Virus record (IMG/VR): IMGVR_UViG_3300030330_004405
Coordinates: 1-64,000 of that record
Reading direction: 5' to 3' (one strand)
DNA from: a virus
Lineage: Duplodnaviria > Caudoviricetes
DNA length: 64,000 nucleotides
Shown one piece after another: positions 54,747 through 63,665 of the stretch. The notes beneath the pieces were generated by a model that did no database searches, was not told the DNA's origin, and saw only the letters and a program-made list of their open reading frames with translations. Within the stretch, counting starts at the first letter, position 1; each line of letters begins with the position of its first letter. The translations under genes and the position numbers were made by a program.

Positions 54747-55614
54747 CGGCATAATACCAGTTGCCAATTGTCAAGTAGATCTGGAAGTATCATTTCCAGA
54801 GTTGCTCTTACCTGTCAATGACGGGTTTAATTTGATACAGAAGTCGGTGCATGAGTGTGCTATGGCTGGTTGTAATACAATATGGATTGTGGCTAACGAT
54901 GACCTCGCACCAATCATAAGAAAGACAGTTGGCGACTGGGTGTATGACCCCGTGTATTACAAAAGAGACCTAGAGTCTAAATTTTACTCACAATTAAGGA
55001 AAGAGGTACCTATTTATTACGTCGGAATCAAACCCAAGGATCAAAATAAAAGAGATAGTTACGGCTGGTCAATAATAGAAGGCATCCATGCTGCCTATAT
55101 GACTTCTCACAAAATCTCCAAATGGCTAACACCGGAAAAATACTACATTTCTTTTCCGTTTGGGGTTTTTGATATCTACTTTATAAGACAACACCGGAAA
55201 TTGATTCGCGATAAAACCAAGAATTTATTTTTTACTCATAATGGACAGAGTGTGGTAAACAACCAATATCTGCCATTCACTATGACAGGAGAAGACTTTA
55301 AACAATGCCGAAGAGCAATAAACAAAAAGACAACAAGGGAGTATTTACCCCCTTTACCAAACCAGCAGTATCCATCCCAGAAGCTCCCGCTTCACGAGAG
55401 GTGGTCCGCTCGTCACTTTACTTTAAGTGATATATACGAGCCTTTAGGCTCACAACAAAGAACAGAAATTGAATTAGAGTGGTATTTTGACGTATCGCAC
55501 TGGGATGGCTACACCAAATATATTTCTTCAGAGTATTTGATAAATAAGCCCCTGGATGAGTTGACAAGACCCCGACAGCATGTTACAATACCATATACTA
55601 ATTCGGAGGGTTAA
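54730..55614 (+). CDS. Degenerate sugar-nucleotidyltransferase-like protein
   Basis: GIIPVA....P..LLPV....AGC..I.IV resembles NTP_transferase N-terminus but lacks G.GTR. Confidence 0.55.
   Translation: MSLHLSGIIPVANCQVDLEVSFPELLLPVNDGFNLIQKSVHECAMAGCNTIWIVANDDLAPIIRKTVGDWVYDPVYYKRDLESKFYSQLRKEVPIYYVGIKPKDQNKRDSYGWSIIEGIHAAYMTSHKISKWLTPEKYYISFPFGVFDIYFIRQHRKLIRDKTKNLFFTHNGQSVVNNQYLPFTMTGEDFKQCRRAINKKTTREYLPPLPNQQYPSQKLPLHERWSARHFTLSDIYEPLGSQQRTEIELEWYFDVSHWDGYTKYISSEYLINKPLDELTRPRQHVTIPYTNSEG
55561..55589 (+). promoter_or_regulatory. sigma70-type promoter for dnaE
   Basis: TTGACA-N17-TACAAT with TG. Confidence 0.8.
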
Positions 55615-58600
55615 ATGAATCGTATTGATTCTAAAATTAAGTTTGTTGGTCTGCACGCCCACTCGGTAGCAGGCTCTATTTTTGACGCCATTGGGTATCC
55701 ACAAGATCATATGGATTTTGCATATGAAAATGGTTGTGATGCCTTGGCGCTGACAGACCACGGCAACATGAACGGTCTGGCATATCAAGTGCTTCACGCT
55801 AAGAAGATGCAAGAAGCCGGCAAGGACTTCAAGCCTATTTTTGGTTGCGAGGCATACTTTACGCCTTCTATTGCTGAATGGCATGAAGCCTACAATCAGG
55901 CGATGGAAGATAAGAAGAAGGCACGTGCAATCAAGAAGGATGCACAGTCAGGTGCCACTGTTGAGGATGAGGGTGATAGCAAAAAGACCCAGGGCATCCT
56001 CAAGCGCCGTCGTCACCTTGTTCTGTTGGCTCAAAACCAAACAGGGCTGAACAATCTATTTAAGTTGGTATCTGAGTCATACCAGCCGGAGAACTTCTAT
56101 CGCTACCCACGTATCGACTATGCACTACTCAAGAAGTACAATGAGGGCATCATTGCTTCTTCTGCTTGTCTTGGTGGGGTGTATGCCGGAAACTACTGGG
56201 AGAACCGAGAAGACGGCGACGAAGCCGTGCTCGATGCTATGCGTGAAACAACAGCACGTATGGTTGACATTTTCGGTGATCGCTGGTATGCCGAAGTGCA
56301 GTGGAACAATATTAAAGAGCAACATGAGCTGAATCAATATGTTATTCAGGTTGCTAAAGAGTTTGGCGTTGGACTGGTCACGACAGCCGATAGCCATTAC
56401 CCCAACCCTGATGCTTGGAAGGACCGTGAACTTTACAAGCGTCTTGGTTGGCTTGGTAAGGGCACACCTTCTTGGGCAGAGGGAGAGTCAGAACTCCCTG
56501 ATGGAGTTGAGGAGATTGGATACGAGTTGTATCCCAAGAATGGTGACCAGATCTGGGAAAGCTACAAGCAATACTCTAAATCCACGGGGTTTGAGTATGA
56601 CGACGATGTGGTCTTGAAAAGTATTGAGGAAACACACAGAATTGCCTTTGAGCGAATTGAATCGTTCCTGCCCGACAATACAGTCCGCCTCCCCGAATTC
56701 GTTGTTCCCGCAGGGTTTACAGCCACACAGGCACTAGTAAACTATGCGCTAGAGGGTTTGAAAGACAAGGGTCTCCACACCAACAAGGAATATACAGATC
56801 GATTGCGTCTTGAATTGAATGTCATTGATGACCGAGGTTTCTCAAAGTACTTCTTGACAATGAAGTCTATCGTGGACGTGGCAACTGGCATGATGCTCAC
56901 AGGTCCCGGACGCGGATCGGCTGCGGGCTCTCTGGTAGCATATGCGCTAAACATTACCCAGGTAGATCCAATCAAGCACGGACTTCTATTCTCTCGATTC
57001 TTGCGCTCAGACGCAACAGACTACCCAGATATCGACTATGATGTGTCTGACTCAATGTCTCTGAAAGAGAAGCTGGTCGAGATGTGGGGTGAGGATTGTG
57101 TTGCACCAATTTCTAACTGGAACACATTACAGCTCAAGTCTCTAATCAAGGACATTTCCAAGCTGTATAATATTCCTTTTACAGAAGTCAATACAGTAAC
57201 ATCAATTATGATTCGTGAAGCAACTCCGCTTGCTAAGCAAAAGCACGGCATCAAAGCCGGCGTATACGCACCGACGTGGCAGGAGGTCATGGAGTTCTCA
57301 CCAACGCTTAGGCAATATCTCGCCAAGCACCCGGCAGTCAAGACACACGTTGAGGGTCTTGTTGGTCAAGTTCGCTCATGTTCCCGGCACGCCGGAGGTG
57401 TTGTGATTGCTGAGAATCTTGATAAGAATATGCCGCTGATTAATTCTGGCGGTGTTCGTCAGGCTCCGTGGGCAGAGGGTCAGAACGTCCGACACCTTGA
57501 ACCAATGGGATTCATTAAGTTCGATCTGCTTGGGCTGTCCACACTCAAGATGATGGAGGGTGCTATCTATCATATCCTCAAGCGCCATCACGGTGTCGAA
57601 GAGCCTACGTTCGCACAGATCCGAGACTACTACGAAGAATACCTGCATCCTGACATACTAGATCTAAATGATCAAGAGGTATATCGCAACGTGTTTCATC
57701 CCGGTAAGTGGGCAGGCATCTTCCAGTTCACAGAGCACGGAGCCCAGCAGTTCTGCACCAAGGTAAAGCCAAACAACATTATTGACTTGTCTGCTATTAC
57801 CTCTATCTTCCGACCCGGTCCTCTGTCCGCTGGTGTTGATGCTGACTATGTGGAAGCAAAGGAAAGCCCCCACTACATCAAGTACCTATCCGAAGAAGCA
57901 CGAGAGATTACCGAAGAGACCTTTGGCTTCCTGATTTTCCAGGAACAGATTGCACTGTTGGCTCACAAACTTGGTGGCTTGACGCTCGACGAGGGCAACA
58001 TGCTTCGTAAGGTGCTGACCAAGAAGGGAACAGGTAAGAACAGTTACAAGGCAAAGCTTCACGAGAAGTTCATTAAGGGCTGCGTAGCTAAGAAGATTAA
58101 TAGAGATGAAGCACAATCACTTTGGGATAAGTTTGAGTTCTTCTCCGGTTACGGCTTCAACAAGTCGCACGCTGTTTCATACTCTATCATTTCTTATCAA
58201 TGTGCGTGGTTGTGGAACTACTACCCAGCAGAATGGATGGCTGCGTTCTTGGATAAGGAGCCTGAGACACGTAAGGAAAAGGCGATTAATATCGCAAAGA
58301 AGTTTGGATTTGATATCGCCCCTCTTGATGTTAACAAGTCTGGTACTGTGTGGGAGATTAGTGAGGATGGCAAAACTCTAATCCAACCCCTCACCTCTAT
58401 TAAAGGTCTGGGCATGTCAGCTATCGAGCAGATTCTAGACAATCGCCCGTTCATGAACGCAGAGGATCTACTGTTCCGTGAGGAAGTATCATACTCTAAG
58501 CTAAACAAGAAAGCTTTAGATGCTCTCTGTCGAGGTGGTGCGCTGGACAATATTGTTGATGACCGCTTCTCAGGTCGTAAGCACTTTTGGTCTGCCTGTG

Positions 58601-59046
58601 TGGTGGAACGACCAAAGAACCTCAAGAAGTTTTCCGAAAACATTGAATTGTTCAGACCAGAAGGCGACTTCAGCGAGGAAGAGGTAATTCAGTTTAAAAC
58701 TGATCTGACCGGTGTCTTCCCAATCAACTTGGTTATCAGCACAGAGACAGTAGAGAAGCTACAAGAAAAGTATATCCCGCCTATCTCTGAGTTTGATGAA
58801 GAGTTGCAGGTATGCTGGTTCATCCCTCGCAAGATTACACCGAAGAAAACCAAGAATGGTAAAGATTATTGGATTGTTGAAGTTATTGATTCAAACAACG
58901 AATTGACTCGAATCCGATGCTGGGGCATTAAGCCCCATAGAGATGTTGTTCATCTCAACCGCCCATATATGGCTCGTCTTAAGTATGACGAGAACTGGGG
59001 CTTCTCGACTTATGCAGTCGGCAAAACATTTAAACTATTAGGATAA
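55615..59046 (+). CDS. dnaE: DNA polymerase III alpha subunit
   Basis: PHP motifs (HAHS, TDHG), GPGRGSAAGSL, PDIDYD, HAGG, KFDLLGL, FQEQ, YGFNKSH. Confidence 0.96.
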   Translation: MNRIDSKIKFVGLHAHSVAGSIFDAIGYPQDHMDFAYENGCDALALTDHGNMNGLAYQVLHAKKMQEAGKDFKPIFGCEAYFTPSIAEWHEAYNQAMEDKKKARAIKKDAQSGATVEDEGDSKKTQGILKRRRHLVLLAQNQTGLNNLFKLVSESYQPENFYRYPRIDYALLKKYNEGIIASSACLGGVYAGNYWENREDGDEAVLDAMRETTARMVDIFGDRWYAEVQWNNIKEQHELNQYVIQVAKEFGVGLVTTADSHYPNPDAWKDRELYKRLGWLGKGTPSWAEGESELPDGVEEIGYELYPKNGDQIWESYKQYSKSTGFEYDDDVVLKSIEETHRIAFERIESFLPDNTVRLPEFVVPAGFTATQALVNYALEGLKDKGLHTNKEYTDRLRLELNVIDDRGFSKYFLTMKSIVDVATGMMLTGPGRGSAAGSLVAYALNITQVDPIKHGLLFSRFLRSDATDYPDIDYDVSDSMSLKEKLVEMWGEDCVAPISNWNTLQLKSLIKDISKLYNIPFTEVNTVTSIMIREATPLAKQKHGIKAGVYAPTWQEVMEFSPTLRQYLAKHPAVKTHVEGLVGQVRSCSRHAGGVVIAENLDKNMPLINSGGVRQAPWAEGQNVRHLEPMGFIKFDLLGLSTLKMMEGAIYHILKRHHGVEEPTFAQIRDYYEEYLHPDILDLNDQEVYRNVFHPGKWAGIFQFTEHGAQQFCTKVKPNNIIDLSAITSIFRPGPLSAGVDADYVEAKESPHYIKYLSEEAREITEETFGFLIFQEQIALLAHKLGGLTLDEGNMLRKVLTKKGTGKNSYKAKLHEKFIKGCVAKKINRDEAQSLWDKFEFFSGYGFNKSHAVSYSIISYQCAWLWNYYPAEWMAAFLDKEPETRKEKAINIAKKFGFDIAPLDVNKSGTVWEISEDGKTLIQPLTSIKGLGMSAIEQILDNRPFMNAEDLLFREEVSYSKLNKKALDALCRGGALDNIVDDRFSGRKHFWSACVVERPKNLKKFSENIELFRPEGDFSEEEVIQFKTDLTGVFPINLVISTETVEKLQEKYIPPISEFDEELQVCWFIPRKITPKKTKNGKDYWIVEVIDSNNELTRIRCWGIKPHRDVVHLNRPYMARLKYDENWGFSTYAVGKTFKLLG

Positions 59047-59048
59047 AC

Positions 59049-59654
59049 ATGAAAGTAATTAAAAAATTTAGTCCGCTCTTAAAAGAGCCAAAGTTCGTCG
59101 ATGACTTGCCTGTTATTATTAGGGTAAACAAGTTTGATGAAGCGTCCGCAAAAAGCTTCTCTGCATTAATGAGAAAAGCACACAACAGCGGACAAACGGT
59201 TATTCCCATTATAATTGACAGCTATGGTGGACAAGTTTACAGCTTGATGTCTATGATTTCTGATATTAAACACAGCACCCTTCCCGTTGCTACTATTGTA
59301 CAAGGCAAAGCGATGTCCTGTGGTGCTATCTTGTTTAGTTTTGGTGCCGAAGGCAAGAGATACATGGATCCTGATGCAACTGTTATGATTCATGACGTTA
59401 GTTCGATGGACCGTGGGAAAGTGGAAGAGATAAAGGCATCTGCCGAAGAAACTGAGCGACTTAACAAGAAGATTTACCACATGATGGCAGAGAACTGCGG
59501 ACAGGATGAGGATTATTTCCTTGATATTGTGCACGACAAGGGTCACGCAGACTGGTTTTTGGACGCAAAAGAGTGCAAGAAGCACAAATTAGCCAATCAT
59601 TTGCGTGTGCCGAGCCTTAAAATTGACGCTACAGTTAAAATGACCTTTAAGTAA
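59049..59654 (+). CDS. clpP: ClpP-family protease
   Basis: IDSYGG.V, G.AMSCG (Ser), MIH (His), D.F (Asp). Confidence 0.85.
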   Translation: MKVIKKFSPLLKEPKFVDDLPVIIRVNKFDEASAKSFSALMRKAHNSGQTVIPIIIDSYGGQVYSLMSMISDIKHSTLPVATIVQGKAMSCGAILFSFGAEGKRYMDPDATVMIHDVSSMDRGKVEEIKASAEETERLNKKIYHMMAENCGQDEDYFLDIVHDKGHADWFLDAKECKKHKLANHLRVPSLKIDATVKMTFK

Positions 59655-59655
59655 A

Positions 59656-59663
59656 ACTACTTA
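59656..59663 (+). promoter_or_regulatory. Putative late promoter ACTACTTA
   Basis: Intergenic, 6 nt before ATG 59670. Confidence 0.6.
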
Positions 59664-59669
59664 TGGTAC

Positions 59670-60374
59670 ATGATTAAGACTAAGAAAATCAAGTACCGCA
59701 GGCTCATGAATGAGCTAGAATACTTATACGAAGAGATGGACTTGCTGGATGACATCGTAAAGACTGCAGCCGGCGAGTTTGAGGTATACTATAGAGAGTT
59801 TTGCGTTAGAAACAACATAGACCTGAATAAACTAAACGAAGATAACAAAGAGCGAATAGCAGATCTGTACGGCGTAAAACCAGAAGAAGTGCAAGAAACC
59901 CCGGTTAGCGAATACACTGGCTCAGCTGAGATTGTGAAAGTAGATACACCAGAGGAAGAGCCGCTTTTTGAAGAAACGCAAGACGAAGTTGGTATGTTTA
60001 AAGAGCTTCACGAGTATTATCACAAGATGTTCAAAAAGCTGGCAATGCAATTACACCCAGACAGGATCGAAAACTTTACGGCTAACGATGAGTTTAAAAA
60101 GCAAATGTCTTGGGACTTTTCCAAGGCTAAGAGTGCGTTGGACAATAAGAAGTACTTCAAGCTAATTCAAATAGCTAAGAAATATAACATATACGTTACG
60201 GAACACTTCTCCTTGCAAATCAAGTGGTTTAAAAAAGAGAGAGATGTTATTATGGGCGCCCTACAACAAGTTAAGACAACATACAACTATAAGTTTGCCG
60301 AGTGTGAAACTGACGAACAAAAAGATGATGTTGTCAGAAAATTTATTTGGCACCTTTTTAGAGTTAAAGCTTGA
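59670..60374 (+). CDS. Protein with partial J-domain (HPD)
   Basis: KMFKKLAMQLHPDR. Confidence 0.6.
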   Translation: MIKTKKIKYRRLMNELEYLYEEMDLLDDIVKTAAGEFEVYYREFCVRNNIDLNKLNEDNKERIADLYGVKPEEVQETPVSEYTGSAEIVKVDTPEEEPLFEETQDEVGMFKELHEYYHKMFKKLAMQLHPDRIENFTANDEFKKQMSWDFSKAKSALDNKKYFKLIQIAKKYNIYVTEHFSLQIKWFKKERDVIMGALQQVKTTYNYKFAECETDEQKDDVVRKFIWHLFRVKA

Positions 60375-60399
60375 CTCCCCCCTCCCATAGTGTTATACT
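60371..60399 (+). promoter_or_regulatory. sigma70-type promoter
   Basis: TTGACT-N17-TATACT with TG. Confidence 0.8.
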
Positions 60400-60425
60400 T
60401 TAAGAGTAGTCACTAGGAGGTTTTG

Positions 60426-60671
60426 ATGACTGACAAACAAAAGCAACAATACGTAAAAGAATATATCCGCTCTTTGAAGGCAATCGAAGATGCGATGGAG
60501 CCATACAAGGAGCAACGCCGTGAGCTGCGTACCGAGTTTAAGGAAAACGGATGGCTGAACACTGATGAGATTCGTGCTGCTGTTAAAGCATATCGGCTGC
60601 ATACTGGAAAGATTGATATTGACACTATTCTTGATAACCTAAACATTATTCAGGATAACAACAGTGAATAG
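60426..60671 (+). CDS. Small DNA-binding protein (T4 DsbA/GapR-like)
   Basis: Helical pattern YI..L..IE......E...EL..E.K..G......R..V...R; SD GGAGG. Confidence 0.5.
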   Translation: MTDKQKQQYVKEYIRSLKAIEDAMEPYKEQRRELRTEFKENGWLNTDEIRAAVKAYRLHTGKIDIDTILDNLNIIQDNNSE

Positions 60672-61512
60672 TGTAATCGATTACAGTATCTGTTGCGATA
60701 GCGCAGATCTATATGCTTGGGTTCTTAAAAATACTAATTATGAATATGTTAGAAATCTGGACTACACACGTTCAATTAGCCTACAGTTAGATGGCACCGA
60801 TGTGCGTATTAATTTTGTACATCGTGTGTCTAATAAAAAAATGTACGATCAGTTAACTAATCGTTTTCTCTCTAATACTGCCGGCACACCTGATTATGTG
60901 TTGTTCAAGAAAACAACCCCAATAGTGTGTATTGAAGACTCAAAAACAGCACCAGTAGGCAATGCAGTCATACAACGTTTGGATAAGCTGTGGCCACTTT
61001 TGTTAGATGATAATATTGAGTGTCCAATTATCTATATCGGTCCCAGAGAGGGCTTAGATGTTAGCCAAAATAAAATGAGAGGCTGGCCACAAAGCTGGTT
61101 TTATAAGAATTTTGCCAAGGACAGACCGGACGCCTTCTTGTTGCTTGATAATGAAGCATCAATTTGTGAAAGAGTGTTTAGTGAAATTATCTCGGTAATC
61201 AAAAGTGATATTAAAGGTGAGCGCATAGCAAAACAAAAGGTAACTACAAACGAGCTAAAAAGATTGCATAGCGCGATGAGCAAAAACATTAGAACTTACT
61301 CTAACGGAATCTTCAGAGGCAAACTGTTCAAGCCAGACGGTACAGATGCCCACCCTGTACAATCAACACTTATGGTAATTTCAGAAACTAGAGCAGCGTT
61401 AAAATTGTCGCCAATTAAAATAAAACTTAACAATGCCCATAGGCAAAAGCTTTTGAATTCTAAATCTAAAAGAGTCGTAAGAGTTATGAAACAAGGACCG
61501 GTGCTATCATGA
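60664..61512 (+). CDS. Putative PD-(D/E)xK endonuclease
   Basis: PD.V......C.IEDSK; adjacent to MTases. Confidence 0.5.
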   Translation: MNSVIDYSICCDSADLYAWVLKNTNYEYVRNLDYTRSISLQLDGTDVRINFVHRVSNKKMYDQLTNRFLSNTAGTPDYVLFKKTTPIVCIEDSKTAPVGNAVIQRLDKLWPLLLDDNIECPIIYIGPREGLDVSQNKMRGWPQSWFYKNFAKDRPDAFLLLDNEASICERVFSEIISVIKSDIKGERIAKQKVTTNELKRLHSAMSKNIRTYSNGIFRGKLFKPDGTDAHPVQSTLMVISETRAALKLSPIKIKLNNAHRQKLLNSKSKRVVRVMKQGPVLS

Positions 61513-61913
61513 AAAACACTATATCTGAAACAGATGTGATTTTAAATTTTATGGAAGACATGAAATCCCATATTATGAAAGACCCCGAGCTTAACTTTGA
61601 GTTTCCTGCTGGTTCTTGGACAGGTAGCAAAAACAGAAATATAGCTGATATCCATGGCGGTGCCATCTCTGGGATCGAAGCGAAACCAACCTTTGCTTCC
61701 GCAAAAGCAGATTACTTGAACCCTAATAAAAATGCTGGAATTACGCATTACATTTATTCTTGTAAAGAGGTCGAGGTATACCAAGTTTCTTTCTGGAAAA
61801 ACAACAATATTTCTGCATGTGCTTATTTGACAGACACCAACAGATGGGTTATAATTAATGATATTGACAATCTTTTTCAAAGATTGCTTCCGTTATCAAA
61901 ACAAGAAAAATGA
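61509..61913 (+). CDS. Small putative PD-(D/E)xK nuclease
   Basis: ADI.......IEAK. Confidence 0.45.
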   Translation: MKNTISETDVILNFMEDMKSHIMKDPELNFEFPAGSWTGSKNRNIADIHGGAISGIEAKPTFASAKADYLNPNKNAGITHYIYSCKEVEVYQVSFWKNNNISACAYLTDTNRWVIINDIDNLFQRLLPLSKQEK

Positions 61914-62896
61914 AGTATTTAGGTAATAAAAATAGGTTAAGTGATTTTTTAAGTCACAACATGGGTCTTAAATCTAGAGGTAACGCCAGAGCACTTGACC
62001 TGTTTTGTGGCACCGGTGCCGTTTCTCTGTTATTTAAGAGTCACGGAATCAATACCGTGTCAAATGATTTTTTGAGTTTTTCTGCTCATCGCACAAGATC
62101 AATTTTGCTCGATCGAGCGCCATCGAGACAACATGCTATAGAACATAACATATCACACGGGTTTATAACCAAGAATTACTCAGAAAGTTCTGGCGTCAAT
62201 ATTTTTAAAACGGATATCGCTAAGCATATCGATGGTGCCCGTCTTTGGATAGATAAGATGTCAAAACAACTCACACCACAAGAGTTTTCTTACTATTTGG
62301 CTCAAATCATAGAAGCGGCCGATTTTAGATCAAATATTATGGGCTCCTACGAGAGTTATTATAAAGCCGGCTGGAGAAGGCAATGTGAAAAGCCTTGGCA
62401 AGTGAAGGATTTTGAATTGGTCGACATGCATAACTCAACCAAACACATTGTACATAATGATGATGCCTATCAGTTTCTACAGAATAACGTAGACAGCTAT
62501 GATTTGATTTACCTTGATCCTCCTTACAACTCCAGACAATATTCATCAGTGTTTCATGTGTTGGAAACAATTTCTAAATACAACAACCCTGCTGTTAAAG
62601 GTGTGGTCAGGAAAAGTATTGAGACAAGTGATAAAAAATCTAAACTATCATCTAAAAGAAACTGTCACTCGGAAATGACAAGAATCATTGATCTGTGTAG
62701 TGAAAAAACAAACGAATTGTTTGTCTCATATTCCAATGAAGGTATAATGCAGCCCTCTGAATTGGAAGAAATGATTGGGCTAAAATTTAAAAATACTATG
62801 GTGCATGAACTTGATTATAGAAGATTCAAAACCAACAGTAGAAAACAAAACGGAAACAACAAAGTAAAGGAGTATTTGTTTCATGGAATTAAATAA
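61910..62896 (+). CDS. DNA adenine methyltransferase (D12 class)
   Basis: YLGNK, DLFCGTG.V, YLDPPYN.RQY, SYS.EG. Confidence 0.92.
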   Translation: MKYLGNKNRLSDFLSHNMGLKSRGNARALDLFCGTGAVSLLFKSHGINTVSNDFLSFSAHRTRSILLDRAPSRQHAIEHNISHGFITKNYSESSGVNIFKTDIAKHIDGARLWIDKMSKQLTPQEFSYYLAQIIEAADFRSNIMGSYESYYKAGWRRQCEKPWQVKDFELVDMHNSTKHIVHNDDAYQFLQNNVDSYDLIYLDPPYNSRQYSSVFHVLETISKYNNPAVKGVVRKSIETSDKKSKLSSKRNCHSEMTRIIDLCSEKTNELFVSYSNEGIMQPSELEEMIGLKFKNTMVHELDYRRFKTNSRKQNGNNKVKEYLFHGIK

Positions 62897-63665
62897 AGTA
62901 TATAACGCTGATTTGTTCGACATTATCGATGACGTCGTAGAAGACAAATCAATTGATTTGGGTATATTCGATCCACCATATAATATATCATCGACAACCA
63001 CAGACGTTTTAAAGTATGAAAAATCACTTGGTCAGAAAAAAGGCATCGTAGGCTTTAATGAAGAGTGGGATAAATTTGATAGCATAGAGCAATATATTAC
63101 TTGGACTGATTTGTGGCTACAAAAAGCCTTTTCAAAGTTAAAAGATGATGGCAGTCTTTTTATATTTGGCTCATACCATAATATTGGGCTTGTTAATTAT
63201 GTACTGCAAAAACAAAACCGCATGATTATCAATGACGTCGCATGGTACAAGAGAAATGCAGTACCAAATATTGCATGCAGAAGGTTACAGGCATCATATG
63301 AAAGTTTATTGTGGGTCGCAAAAGATAAAAAATATAGGTTTAATTATAAAGATGTAAAATCAAAAGCCTATGATGGCGATTCTATTAAAAAAGAAGGTAA
63401 GCAATTGCGTAATATTTGGGATATCCCAACAAAGGCTGAGAAGAATTTTAAACACCCATCGAAGAAACCGGTTGCAGTAATAGAGCGATGCATTGACGTT
63501 GCCGGCATCAAAGGCGGAACAGTTCTTGATTTTTTTGGTGGCTCTGGCACAACCGCGGTCGGCGCGCTAAACAGAGATATGAATTATATTCTGATTGAAA
63601 AAGAGCAGGAGTACTATGATATGTGTCTCAGAAGAATTCAAGAACAAGGAGTAAATAATGAATAA
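62883..63665 (+). CDS. DNA amino-methyltransferase (N6/N4, beta class)
   Basis: DPPYN before HPSKKP and LDFFGGSGTT. Confidence 0.93.
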   Translation: MELNKVYNADLFDIIDDVVEDKSIDLGIFDPPYNISSTTTDVLKYEKSLGQKKGIVGFNEEWDKFDSIEQYITWTDLWLQKAFSKLKDDGSLFIFGSYHNIGLVNYVLQKQNRMIINDVAWYKRNAVPNIACRRLQASYESLLWVAKDKKYRFNYKDVKSKAYDGDSIKKEGKQLRNIWDIPTKAEKNFKHPSKKPVAVIERCIDVAGIKGGTVLDFFGGSGTTAVGALNRDMNYILIEKEQEYYDMCLRRIQEQGVNNE

